Source of the DNA: a virus
IMG/VR virus record: IMGVR_UViG_3300023240_001094
Coordinates: 1-64,000 of that record
DNA: 64,000 nucleotides
Reading direction: 5' to 3' (one strand)
Below the pieces are notes generated by a model. The model was not told the DNA's origin, did no database searches, and saw nothing but the letters and a program-made list of their open reading frames with translations. The position numbers and the translations under genes were made by a program. Below, one piece after another: positions 18,382 through 27,873 of the stretch (positions within the stretch are counted from its first letter, which is position 1; each line of letters opens with the position of its first letter).

Positions 18382-18666
18382 TTACATTAGTAGGTTAGTG
18401 GCAATGGCTCCTGCCGCTGCGATTAAAGCTATCCAAAATAGCTTATTGATTGTTTTTACTGTTTGTGAATTTTCCGATGTCACTTTCTCAAGCGTATCGA
18501 GTTTCTCAGAGAACCTGTTCATACGCTCATATTGCGCAGCATGTTTCTGTTCCATATTCACGAGCTTTACTTCAGCTGTAGCAATAGATACCATAGCATC
18601 GGCTAGCTTATCTATCTTTGCTTCGATTCGGTCTAATCGATTATCGTCGGCCATTAACACTTCCAC
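18382..18666 (-). CDS. coiled-coil protein with C-terminal TM (XhlA/holin-like)
   Basis: RLDRIEAKIDKL coiled coil, hydrophobic C-terminus. Confidence 0.55.
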   Translation of the reverse strand: MEVLMADDNRLDRIEAKIDKLADAMVSIATAEVKLVNMEQKHAAQYERMNRFSEKLDTLEKVTSENSQTVKTINKLFWIALIAAAGAIATNLLM

Positions 18667-18941
18667 CTTCTTAACGACATTGCTTTTCTAGTAGGTCTGC
18701 CCTTATCGTCTTTCATTGGACCGGGATTGCCACTCATTCTTGCACAGAAGCTTTTGCGTCTGCCAGCTGCTTTACTGCCTGCTTTAACTTTACCAGTAAC
18801 CGCCGTTTTAAGATTGCCACCTGTTTTTTTATTATATGCCGAGACTCCAGCCTTGGTCATTCCAGCGCCCCTTTCAGTAGAACGGAAATGCCCCTTGGAA
18901 TCTGCTCCTCTTTCAATTATATATGATTTGAAAGATTGCAT
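18654..18941 (-). CDS. basic putative head-internal protein
   Basis: MQSFKSYIIE N-terminus; RRKSFCARM...SLRRWKC. Confidence 0.65.
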   Translation of the reverse strand: MQSFKSYIIERGADSKGHFRSTERGAGMTKAGVSAYNKKTGGNLKTAVTGKVKAGSKAAGRRKSFCARMSGNPGPMKDDKGRPTRKAMSLRRWKC

Positions 18942-18942
18942 A

Positions 18943-20094
18943 TTAGCTGTCCTTGTCTACTACGTTTTTGTCAACGCGTGCCATACGAATACCGATTTTA
19001 CCGTCAGGCTTAGTATATTTTTCAGGTTTACGGTCTGCTGAGACAACAGCTTCTTGAGTTAACTTATCAACCGCTTTATCTACATACTGAGTACGCTTCA
19101 TATTCTTCACGGCTTTTTTGTTAACGCCAACAGGGCGATCACCTTTAGCATATGCTCTAGCATTATCTGCTTCACGTCTAGCTACGTCTGCTGAAGCTTT
19201 CTTAACATATGAACCAAGAGTCTTTTTTGAAATTTCGTCAAGTTGGGTTTCTTCTTTCATAGAAGAAAGATCCTTTGCAAGCGCTGGTCTAGCCGACATA
19301 GCATTGGCTGCCTTTGATGAGCGTTTAAATTCACCTGATTTTGACTTCTCATGGCCTGCGGCAGTTCTATGCATGGATGCTGCGTCTCTATGATCTCGAG
19401 CCTGTGACATGTTATTCTTACTTAGGTATTTTCCAGCTAGCTTATTATGCTTCTGTTCCATATCGTAATGGACACCCTCGTCCATCTTTTCTTTGTCTTC
19501 GTCCTCGTCTTCGTCGCCACCATGATCGCCAAGTGAGGAGTGAAGACTTTCAATTATAGTGTGAGCCTTAGTAAGTCTATTTTGCATCCACTCAGGAAAT
19601 GACTTACCTGATTCAATATGCTCTTCAATCTCTTCAGCCGCATATTCAATAAATTCAAGTTGCTTCATTGCCATACCGCCTTCGTCACGGGATGCAGGCT
19701 CATCATCTTCCTTAGCTTCTTTTGCCAAAGTCAGTGGCTTATTTTTGTTAAGACGATCTCGCAGAGCTTTTAAGTCAGCTTTTGTTTTATCCATCTTATA
19801 CGCTTTTTTAGTGGTTGCCATACCCGAGTTAGAAACCTTCTTAGTAAGCATATCGAGCGAAATTTCCTGAATGTCAAGACCTTCCTTCTTATATGCCTTA
19901 CGCGATCCGCACGCTTCCTCAACAGATTCTTTTTGGGAATCTTTAAAGTCTTGATCTGTTGGAGCATCCTTTGATCCAGGCTTGCGCATCTTTTCACCAG
20001 AGCCATTTTTAATCCGTCTGCGTTTGGCGTGGATATTATCCCATAAGCCGTTCTTTTCTTCTAACTCAGTTCTGAATTTATTAAAATCAATCAT
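18943..20094 (-). CDS. putative head-internal modular protein
   Basis: GLWDNIHAKR, PEWMQ, LDEISK modules separated by (L/I/M)xE sites. Confidence 0.6.
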   Translation of the reverse strand: MIDFNKFRTELEEKNGLWDNIHAKRRRIKNGSGEKMRKPGSKDAPTDQDFKDSQKESVEEACGSRKAYKKEGLDIQEISLDMLTKKVSNSGMATTKKAYKMDKTKADLKALRDRLNKNKPLTLAKEAKEDDEPASRDEGGMAMKQLEFIEYAAEEIEEHIESGKSFPEWMQNRLTKAHTIIESLHSSLGDHGGDEDEDEDKEKMDEGVHYDMEQKHNKLAGKYLSKNNMSQARDHRDAASMHRTAAGHEKSKSGEFKRSSKAANAMSARPALAKDLSSMKEETQLDEISKKTLGSYVKKASADVARREADNARAYAKGDRPVGVNKKAVKNMKRTQYVDKAVDKLTQEAVVSADRKPEKYTKPDGKIGIRMARVDKNVVDKDS

Positions 20095-21194
20095 TTTGGC
20101 TTGGTCTCTCTATTTTTAATTGATGTTTGTCTTGTTCTTGCTCTGTCCATCATTCTATCATGACGTTTTGCATCCGAAGACTTTTCTCTTTCGATTCTTG
20201 CATTAGCAATATCGATAAATGTTGGGCGCTTGACTTCTTCGGTCTTTTCGCCGGGTGTATTTTTCTTTGCCTTCTTAGTCGATTCAGGTGTTCCCCAATC
20301 AGGCTTATCAGCATACATGCTTTTTTCCTGAAGTGCGACAGAAAAGGGTGCAACATCATATTCAATTACTGGTTGATCAATCTTTTCAACAGAATCAAGC
20401 CACTTGCGATATTTGTTTGCCTTTGATTCAATGATAACATAGTTTGAGCCAAGTTGCTTTACTATGCCAAGTTCACCATTTTCTTTGATAACAACTTTAT
20501 CACCAACTTCAAAAAGTTTTCCGTCAATATAAGATTCTCTAATTGCTGATACCGGCTCAAGTGCGATGTGTTGTTTAAAGTTTGTCTCTTCTTTAAGACC
20601 CATACCTTTACGCACACTATTAAAAAGTTGCTTACTGTCGGCGTTAGAAAACTTCTTTGGAAGACCTTGTGAAAATGCTGTAAAATCATTATCACTAGCA
20701 GCAGCTCGCATTTTCGATGCTGACATGCCATCAACACCTTCAGAATCTGGATCTCTTTCTCCAGCCGATACTACCTTAATATCAGCAAAGTTATAGAATC
20801 CATGGCGAGCCTTTTCAGCATTGTATCTGTTTAGCAGAGCGTTAAACTCATTAACGCGATCAGATCCCACAACCATTACAACCTTGCGGAATCCTTCATT
20901 GTATAGAGAAACTGCTATATCAAAGATATTTTTAATGGATGTGTTCATAAGGATATTGCGCGCATGACGAGGAAACATCTTGCGAGCAAAAAGAATTTTA
21001 TTTTTGTATTGAATAGGGTTCTTTTTAGGGTCTGTTGATTGTGACAAATACATTCTATATGGGTTTTTTCCTGCGGTCGATGCAAGCTTATCTAAAAGCT
21101 TTTCGTGTCCGACCGTTGGCGGATTCATTCTTCCAAATGAGAAGAATACCGTTTTTTCTTCTTCGACGAGGTACTGTCTAAATGATCCAATCAT
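20091..21194 (-). CDS. cytidyltransferase-like (HIGH-fold) protein
   Basis: FGRMNPPTVGHEKL, VVGSDR, SAGERD, MSASKMR. Confidence 0.85.
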   Translation of the reverse strand: MIGSFRQYLVEEEKTVFFSFGRMNPPTVGHEKLLDKLASTAGKNPYRMYLSQSTDPKKNPIQYKNKILFARKMFPRHARNILMNTSIKNIFDIAVSLYNEGFRKVVMVVGSDRVNEFNALLNRYNAEKARHGFYNFADIKVVSAGERDPDSEGVDGMSASKMRAAASDNDFTAFSQGLPKKFSNADSKQLFNSVRKGMGLKEETNFKQHIALEPVSAIRESYIDGKLFEVGDKVVIKENGELGIVKQLGSNYVIIESKANKYRKWLDSVEKIDQPVIEYDVAPFSVALQEKSMYADKPDWGTPESTKKAKKNTPGEKTEEVKRPTFIDIANARIEREKSSDAKRHDRMMDRARTRQTSIKNRETKPK

Positions 21195-21814
21195 TGAGCG
21201 CGCTTTCTGTCCATTTCTTTCTTCCGGACGTCCTTGATCATTTTCTTGGACATGCGGCCGATTCTATTTTGAAAGGAAGGAGTACTAAGACGTTTTTCAA
21301 TCTCAGCTTTTCTCTGTGGGCTAAGATCGCCCTTGGAAGTGTTCTTAATCAGCTTTTGATACACAACGTTTCGAGCTGCTTTGCGAGCTCTTTTTTCGAG
21401 TGTTTCTTTACTTGCAAAACGTCTGGCAGCACGTGCTCGGCCAAGGGCAACCTTTGCCTTGTTTCGGCGCATGTCACGGCCCTTTTTAATACGAGCAGCT
21501 ACTGATAACGCCTCATCAACCTCGGTTGATTCTGAAGTAATCTGATGCACGAGAATAGTATGAACTCCGTCAGGAGATTTAATCTTTTTGTGCTTTGTTT
21601 TATAGCCAATGCCGACGGTTTTGGGATGCTTCCCTTTGTCAATATAATCACTGACAGGATTCTCGTGAGTTGGGTCATTGGATTCGCCTATTGGACCGCC
21701 TTCGCCCACGCTATAATTTCCACGTCTGCGGCGCAGTGCTCTATAGTTGGTGAGATCATCTTCACCTGGCCTATATCTTATTCCCATTGGAAACATGTCT
21801 TTAAATTTTAACAT
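21191..21814 (-). CDS. basic putative head-internal protein
   Basis: VDEAL followed by Arg/Lys-rich region. Confidence 0.6.
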   Translation of the reverse strand: MLKFKDMFPMGIRYRPGEDDLTNYRALRRRRGNYSVGEGGPIGESNDPTHENPVSDYIDKGKHPKTVGIGYKTKHKKIKSPDGVHTILVHQITSESTEVDEALSVAARIKKGRDMRRNKAKVALGRARAARRFASKETLEKRARKAARNVVYQKLIKNTSKGDLSPQRKAEIEKRLSTPSFQNRIGRMSKKMIKDVRKKEMDRKRAQ

Positions 21815-21827
21815 TCAGTTTTTCCCA

Positions 21828-23054
21828 TTATCGACCGGTTTTATCCCAGCCTTTTAAAATCTCTGGCGAAAAGTTGTTGTACGAAAATTCCATTCTATCA
21901 ACAATCTTTACCGCATCACCACCAAGTTTATCAATTGCAACATAACCTTCAGGACCAGTTGTCCTATATCCTGTTGAGGTTTTTACGAAAGTACCAACAT
22001 TAGATAATCTATTAAGAGTATTTATAAGTTTTAATTTTGCTAGAACAATCATCTGTTGGAGATCAAAAACAAGCTTCAGGTTCTTTTTGTTTGCCCCTGA
22101 AAAGAAACTAAGGATATTATCAAGCTTCGCCTGCTTACTGGCCTTGCCTTTTTCAGTTTTTAGTTTGTCAATTTCCTTTTGGAACCGCGCTTTAATCCAA
22201 TTGATAAGACCTGTAACGTGTTTGTTCGTATCGGTAATAACAGTACCTGTTCTGACAAATGAGTTACCATATGTTTCAATTAGCATAGTAAGTTCCGGCT
22301 TTGCTTCCATTTGGCGAAGAGTTGTTCCTGAAATCTGGTTGAATATTTTTCCAGCGTTAGATAGGTATGTATTAACTTCTTCGGTGTCTTTTTTAGTCAT
22401 AGTGAGTGAGCTGTAATCTTTCAACATAGCGTCCTGTGACCACACATTTTTAGATTTCTTAAAGGCCGCAACATTCACCCCATATGATGCTTTCATAAGA
22501 TCAAAGGTTGGACCTGTGTAGGTTGTATGCCATACAATACCGATCTTCTTTGATAGGACATCTCGCGCCATTTCTGTTTTGGCCGGAACAGCGTAAACTA
22601 AAGTGTTCGGGTGGAACGTAACATATTCAGAACCTTTAATCTTTGTTTTGCTAAGATCGCCTGGGCCAAAGAGAAAGTCACCTTGAACGACTCCTTTAAT
22701 TCCTAGCTCCGGAAGATATCTTAAGGCTAGTTTTAGTTTTTCAGCAAGATCGCCTGAAGTGTCATCGTCAACTTCGGCTGGTGTTTTGTAGACCTTTGGG
22801 TTCTTATTAAAAATACCCTTTTTTGCTACAAAGAATTCCCCATCAGACGGATCTATTCCAGCGAATACAGCCGGAGCACCATCCCATTTAACACTCACAT
22901 TACCGGCCTTGACTCCAGACAACATATCACGTAGCTCGCGAAGAGCCAAAATAGCTTGACGAGTGCCATTGACTCCTCCGTAAATAACTTTATCTTCGAT
23001 GTGAGTCATATGTGTATTTTTTTGTTCTGTTATAAAGTTCTTAAAGTTTTCCAT
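21828..23054 (-). CDS. conserved T4-like protein (DUF6267-like)
   Basis: NTHMTHIED, VKWDGAPA, QGDFLF, PEGYVA, KIVDRMEFS. Confidence 0.7.
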   Translation of the reverse strand: MENFKNFITEQKNTHMTHIEDKVIYGGVNGTRQAILALRELRDMLSGVKAGNVSVKWDGAPAVFAGIDPSDGEFFVAKKGIFNKNPKVYKTPAEVDDDTSGDLAEKLKLALRYLPELGIKGVVQGDFLFGPGDLSKTKIKGSEYVTFHPNTLVYAVPAKTEMARDVLSKKIGIVWHTTYTGPTFDLMKASYGVNVAAFKKSKNVWSQDAMLKDYSSLTMTKKDTEEVNTYLSNAGKIFNQISGTTLRQMEAKPELTMLIETYGNSFVRTGTVITDTNKHVTGLINWIKARFQKEIDKLKTEKGKASKQAKLDNILSFFSGANKKNLKLVFDLQQMIVLAKLKLINTLNRLSNVGTFVKTSTGYRTTGPEGYVAIDKLGGDAVKIVDRMEFSYNNFSPEILKGWDKTGR

Positions 23055-24058
23055 TAATTGTCCACCAATAGTATGTCGAAAGCTACAGTATATCTGCCGT
23101 TATTGTCTCGTGTAGTTGCACGGACATCTATATCAGATTTTTCAGGTATAGGAATTGGAACAGTAAATTCATAGTCGTATGGTCCGCCTATTCCAGCGAA
23201 TTCAAAGGTGTGTCCTACTCTGAACGTGGTTTGCCCGCTGTATCTCACATACATAAATCCACTAGCGTCTTTATTTGCTTCGGCAGACGCATTTCCTTTT
23301 AAAAGATATCCTGTTTTACCTGCTGGTATGGTATAGACCGCCATTAGAGTTTGACCTTGCCCAGCAGTAATTCTGGCAACAGTAGTTCCGCCTGCGGCAC
23401 CAGCTTCAATATCAATATTACCGATATTAGTTGTACCTGTATCAGTAACAAAGGCTCTATTCACTCTACGGAAGAGAGTAGTTCCGACTTGATCTGCTCC
23501 TGTTATTGTAATATCTTCTTCTACATAATCCCAGTTGGTATCAAGTCCTTGGACAGTAACGATTAGACCGTTATCGGATGCGTTATTTCGTTCCACATTT
23601 ACAACCGCAGGCGTGTCCAAAGCCGCCCAAGGATATATAGTATTATCCACATCCCACACAGATCCAGTCGTGCTATTAGACATATTCGGAACTGCCCCAA
23701 ACTTATGATTGAATGAGTATCCAGAAATAAGGCCTTGTGCAACTTCCAAATAAAATGGTTTGTTTGAGCCTGCTACAACTGATCCGACAATGTTAGCATT
23801 TACGGTTCCATCTACGGTAATACTACCGCCGTCGTCACTTATTGGAATGGGATTGCCTATATCATTACTAATTTCCACATTACCCGGGATTGTCACATCG
23901 CCCGTGATAGTAATAGATTCGCCACCAATGGAAACCGGGAAGGGGTTATTGCTATCAACGATAACACCGTCCTTTGTGGACAACATCATGACTTCATGGA
24001 TATCATCATTCTTTTGGGGCTTTGACTTATTACCTCTGCTTAAACTGTACTGTGCCAT
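23054..24058 (-). CDS. putative virion structural protein
   Basis: NPFPV and NDIGNPIPI repeats, beta-rich C-terminal domain. Confidence 0.55.
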   Translation of the reverse strand: MAQYSLSRGNKSKPQKNDDIHEVMMLSTKDGVIVDSNNPFPVSIGGESITITGDVTIPGNVEISNDIGNPIPISDDGGSITVDGTVNANIVGSVVAGSNKPFYLEVAQGLISGYSFNHKFGAVPNMSNSTTGSVWDVDNTIYPWAALDTPAVVNVERNNASDNGLIVTVQGLDTNWDYVEEDITITGADQVGTTLFRRVNRAFVTDTGTTNIGNIDIEAGAAGGTTVARITAGQGQTLMAVYTIPAGKTGYLLKGNASAEANKDASGFMYVRYSGQTTFRVGHTFEFAGIGGPYDYEFTVPIPIPEKSDIDVRATTRDNNGRYTVAFDILLVDN

Positions 24059-24909
24059 TAGATAATTTTTCCTCCACCGGTTGGCGCCTTGGCCAGTCTA
24101 TAGCTGGCCATAACATCTATAGAAGCGTGTTTATTAGGACTGTTGAGTCCGCGTGGTTGAATACGAACTTCTAATTTAGCTTCTAGGTCTTTCAGATCGT
24201 CTAACTTTGAGAGTCCCATCATGGAAGCAATTTCATTTTGCTGAGCGGGGGTTATACGGCCAGCCGTATCCACCAACCAAATCTTATCTTTTAAAAACAT
24301 AAACAACAGACTTGCTTTAGCACCACTTTTTAGATTTTTCTTAAACTTTGTTTTATAGTGGTTGACAATCTTATCGCCCATTGCATTACTTTCGATCTTA
24401 GCAATATGATAATTATCAGTGTTACTTGCGAACTCAGAAGCAAACGCCTTTCTGGTATCTTTATCTTTTATTACGCTTAGAGCGCCTGAGTATATTTTCT
24501 TCACGTCCTTCGAAAAGTATTTTTGCAAGTCACTCAATAATCGCTTTGCGTTTTTAGTAGCATCAGGGGTGTTGTTCATAATATTGATCAATTCCTGCTT
24601 AGACTCACTTTTAGTATCCGGGGTAGAGAATTGTCTGCCGTCAAAGATCCAGTCTCTCATCGAACCCATCTGGGCTTTATAATCAGCCTTGTATTCATAG
24701 TGAAGATCTACTATAGTGCCGTCGGAAAGCTTAATTCGATACGCAAAGTCAGGAAATCCAGCATCAAATCCTGCTGGAGAGACAACCGCTTTTGATTCAT
24801 TACCTAGTCTTTCCCCCAATTTTCTAAAGGCATTATTTTCAGCTGCTTGAGCCTTTGCACTTACTCCACGCACTACGTTTTCCTTAATAAATGATTTGAA
24901 TGATTGCAT
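24058..24909 (-). CDS. putative PD-(D/E)xK nuclease with capsid-targeting-like N-terminus
   Basis: MQSFKSFIKE; AE...FPD...EYK. Confidence 0.5.
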   Translation of the reverse strand: MQSFKSFIKENVVRGVSAKAQAAENNAFRKLGERLGNESKAVVSPAGFDAGFPDFAYRIKLSDGTIVDLHYEYKADYKAQMGSMRDWIFDGRQFSTPDTKSESKQELINIMNNTPDATKNAKRLLSDLQKYFSKDVKKIYSGALSVIKDKDTRKAFASEFASNTDNYHIAKIESNAMGDKIVNHYKTKFKKNLKSGAKASLLFMFLKDKIWLVDTAGRITPAQQNEIASMMGLSKLDDLKDLEAKLEVRIQPRGLNSPNKHASIDVMASYRLAKAPTGGGKII

Positions 24910-24942
24910 ATTACGTTTCTCAATTAATAATGTTGTTTCTTC

Positions 24943-24950
24943 TATTTATA
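24943..24950 (-). promoter_or_regulatory. T4 late promoter
   Basis: TATAAATA upstream of the 24909 operon. Confidence 0.75.
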
Positions 24951-24964
24951 CATTTTTGTACAAT

Positions 24965-24990
24965 AAAAAAACCAGCCCGAGAGCTGGTTT
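24965..24990 (-). terminator. rho-independent terminator
   Basis: ACCAGC-TCTCGG-GCTGGT followed by T-run. Confidence 0.75.
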
Positions 24991-25012
24991 AAAGGTTTTC
25001 ATGTTGGAAGAA

Positions 25013-25261
25013 TTAGTGGTTCTTCCAGGCATCTCGCTGGTAGATATATGCATCTACCTTCTCAGCGAAGCGCAGTGGAAGAGACTGATTATAGCGAGCA
25101 ACGCCACGACGATGACCACGGCCCTGAAGCTTTACGTAGTAACGCTCAGTGCGGCCTTCCTCTTTAAGCATACTGTTGCATTTTCTTACGAAACTGCGGA
25201 GTGATGCAATCTGTGGATCGTTTGGAGTGAATGTTCCGAGGTATGAATCAGTGCGTGTCAT
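25013..25261 (-). CDS. small early protein
   Basis: Own early promoter, AAGGAG RBS, own terminator. Confidence 0.7.
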   Translation of the reverse strand: MTRTDSYLGTFTPNDPQIASLRSFVRKCNSMLKEEGRTERYYVKLQGRGHRRGVARYNQSLPLRFAEKVDAYIYQRDAWKNH

Positions 25262-25262
25262 T

Positions 25263-25316
25263 GTGTATCTCCTTTTGATATATTAGTTATACCACATAGT
25301 AATACCAATGTACACA
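25263..25316 (-). promoter_or_regulatory. early promoter plus RBS cassette
   Basis: TGTGTACA...TGTGGTATAACTAATATATCAAAAGGAGATACAC. Confidence 0.8.
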
Positions 25317-25337
25317 GTTATTTTCAATTACTTAAGA

Positions 25338-25892
25338 TTAATTATTAAGCGGGTTGTCAAGCGCTTCCTGTAGAGTTTCCTTTAGGTCAGCGTCAAGTTG
25401 TCGCATGTCTGTATCGATTCTATCTTCAGTTTCTCGCATAGTATCTCGCACGTCCTTTTCAGATTCGCGAATAATGCCTTCAACTTCACGGATAGAAGCG
25501 GTCACATCCTTTGATAGTTGATTCATATCAGCCAACACACTTTCAAGCATTATGTCGATATCTCGTTGTGTTGCTTTGATACGATCCTCGGACATCTCAA
25601 CTTTGTCCTCAATTCTATCCACCAGGTTTTCCATCTTTGTCACGTCATCACGTAAGTCATTTTTAATATCACGCGTGTAGTCAATTGCCGCAGTGAGTTG
25701 AGTTTCAATAACATCGTTCCGGGCTGCAATCGCATCGGTATCAATATTCTGGATAATCTCTTTCATGTCAGTATAGTCTTTATAAAACTCAAAGGCCCCA
25801 TAAGCACCTCCACCAAGCGTCGATAAAGCGGTCAGAATAGCGAACATCCTACCACCTCGAAATGTTGTTCCAGCGAATTCGAATTCAGCCAT
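25338..25892 (-). CDS. TM plus coiled-coil hypothetical protein
   Basis: N-terminal TM, heptad repeats, ALDNPL end. Confidence 0.65.
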   Translation of the reverse strand: MAEFEFAGTTFRGGRMFAILTALSTLGGGAYGAFEFYKDYTDMKEIIQNIDTDAIAARNDVIETQLTAAIDYTRDIKNDLRDDVTKMENLVDRIEDKVEMSEDRIKATQRDIDIMLESVLADMNQLSKDVTASIREVEGIIRESEKDVRDTMRETEDRIDTDMRQLDADLKETLQEALDNPLNN

Positions 25893-25901
25893 CTTATTCT
25901 C

Positions 25902-26246
25902 CTATTTTTTAACTACTGGTTTTGTTGGAGCACCCTTTGCGTATGCCTGTGCTCCAAAAAATGCTCCGACGATTGCAGCAACAGAAACAAAGTATGTTGC
26001 CGCCATATTACCTAGGATAGTTGCAGCTCCATCCAATCCAATAGCAACAGCAATCACAACAGCAAATGGATATAATAGCATTCCAGCAAGAGCGAACCAT
26101 GCCATTTTTCTTTGAGCGTCACGCATTGCATCGGCGTCTTCAAGTTCTTTTCTTTTAAACTCGATATACATTGCATGTTCAGCTGGATCAACGATTCCAT
26201 CACCATTTGTATCTGCGGCATGAATGTCTTTAGTTTCGTCAATCAT
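25902..26246 (-). CDS. 2-TM membrane protein with EF-hand-like motif
   Basis: DTNGDGIVDPAE; two hydrophobic helices. Confidence 0.65.
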   Translation of the reverse strand: MIDETKDIHAADTNGDGIVDPAEHAMYIEFKRKELEDADAMRDAQRKMAWFALAGMLLYPFAVVIAVAIGLDGAATILGNMAATYFVSVAAIVGAFFGAQAYAKGAPTKPVVKK

Positions 26247-27873
26247 ATTGCTGCCTTACCATTTCTCCGTGCTTTACGTCACTTGCTCCATTAAAAAATC
26301 TAGCGTTTGGGTTATCATGGTTTTGATGCGTAGTGTAAATATCTTTTGACTCGTACATTTGTCCATCACTCATCTGTGGTTGATTATATTTTCTAAAATT
26401 TGGGTTATAACCAAGTAAGGCTGACTGAGCATCTTCTGATGTATCACCGGATTTAGCTGCAGCCACTAATATGTCTTCGCCCTCTGGGCTTAATCCTGAG
26501 TCAGATTCTTCTTCCGAACTACCACGCCCCGATTCTATGATAGCTGCTAGTGCATTTGTGATTGCCGTGTCTATTACCGCTGTATCAAACGAGGCAACCT
26601 CGATTTCAATTGAATATAAGCCGTCTTCAGCTAGCAGATCGCCAAAGCCAATATCAGTATTATCAACTCCAATATGACTATTAAAAGATAGCAAATCATT
26701 TACCCCGCTTTCAAATACAATTGAGCCATCATAAGACCGTGATCCCGACAGACCATTCACTAGATTGTTCGATGATATAATTGCCTGAGTAGAACTAAGC
26801 GCAGCTTGATTGCCACTAAAAGAATCGTCAAGGGATGCTGAAGCCCGGGCTGATTGTTGTGCTATATTCTGGGCCGACTCAGAAACAGACGCTGCTGAAG
26901 ATTCTGCATCTCTAGCAACCGATAATGCATCAACATTAGTTGTAACTGGAGGGGTTTCTGCCTGGGATATGGTTTCTTCTACCTGTGTCACAACTTCTGA
27001 TTCGGGTGTAGTGAATGATTCAATTACGGAATAGTCAGTAGGCGATTCTGTCTTAATATATTGTTTTTCAATTGCAGCAAGTTGTTGCTCCTGAGTCGGA
27101 ATGCCAACAGACTTATTAAAGGCGTCTATGTATCCAATACAAGTCGGGCTAGATAGTGGATCCACACCACACTTATCAATTGGGGCCGCGCTGAATATCA
27201 ATTGAAATTGAACATCTTTTACTTCAGGGCCATAATAACCAGACCAATATCCAGCGTCATACCCGTCAACACTAATCACAATTTTGTCTATATCAGAGCC
27301 TGTTAATGTGAACTCCTCAGAGCCAGAAAACTCAGTCCAATTGCTAATTCTATAGTTATAATCGTATGACTTATCCCAGACAATTCCCTCTTTGTCAAAG
27401 AACTGAACGTTTATTTCTAGGAGGTCTTGACTGTATCCATAACCATCTTTGTCATATGGACCAACTGCATTGCTATTTTGAATATACTCTGCGTCGGCGT
27501 TCTTTATTTTCCATGAATACGTGTATCCATTTACTTCAATTCCAGTATCGGCAAATGCTTGTATAGTAGCGTCAATGGTATTAGTCAGTTTCATATTATC
27601 CTCGGGGCGCCAACTAAATCTCATTGTGCCGTCCTGAGATATTTGCGGACAACCTCTATACGCTGGATTTGAATACCAGTCGCCTTGCGTATGGATTGGA
27701 TTACTACCCCATGTGCCGTGACCGGAAGGTCGATAAGTGCAATCTCCCTGGCTGGAAGGTCCAGACCAGGTTGCACTATCATCAATTAAGTTTGGTGTTA
27801 GAGTTTGACTATAAGCCGATTGAGAGTAAAGTAACAAACAACAAGCTGCCAAGTATTTTATTGGCCGCTGCAT
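26239..27873 (-). CDS. exported hypothetical protein
   Basis: Signal peptide; GYWSGYYGP, DPLSSPTC.GY. Confidence 0.65.
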   Translation of the reverse strand: MQRPIKYLAACCLLLYSQSAYSQTLTPNLIDDSATWSGPSSQGDCTYRPSGHGTWGSNPIHTQGDWYSNPAYRGCPQISQDGTMRFSWRPEDNMKLTNTIDATIQAFADTGIEVNGYTYSWKIKNADAEYIQNSNAVGPYDKDGYGYSQDLLEINVQFFDKEGIVWDKSYDYNYRISNWTEFSGSEEFTLTGSDIDKIVISVDGYDAGYWSGYYGPEVKDVQFQLIFSAAPIDKCGVDPLSSPTCIGYIDAFNKSVGIPTQEQQLAAIEKQYIKTESPTDYSVIESFTTPESEVVTQVEETISQAETPPVTTNVDALSVARDAESSAASVSESAQNIAQQSARASASLDDSFSGNQAALSSTQAIISSNNLVNGLSGSRSYDGSIVFESGVNDLLSFNSHIGVDNTDIGFGDLLAEDGLYSIEIEVASFDTAVIDTAITNALAAIIESGRGSSEEESDSGLSPEGEDILVAAAKSGDTSEDAQSALLGYNPNFRKYNQPQMSDGQMYESKDIYTTHQNHDNPNARFFNGASDVKHGEMVRQQYD

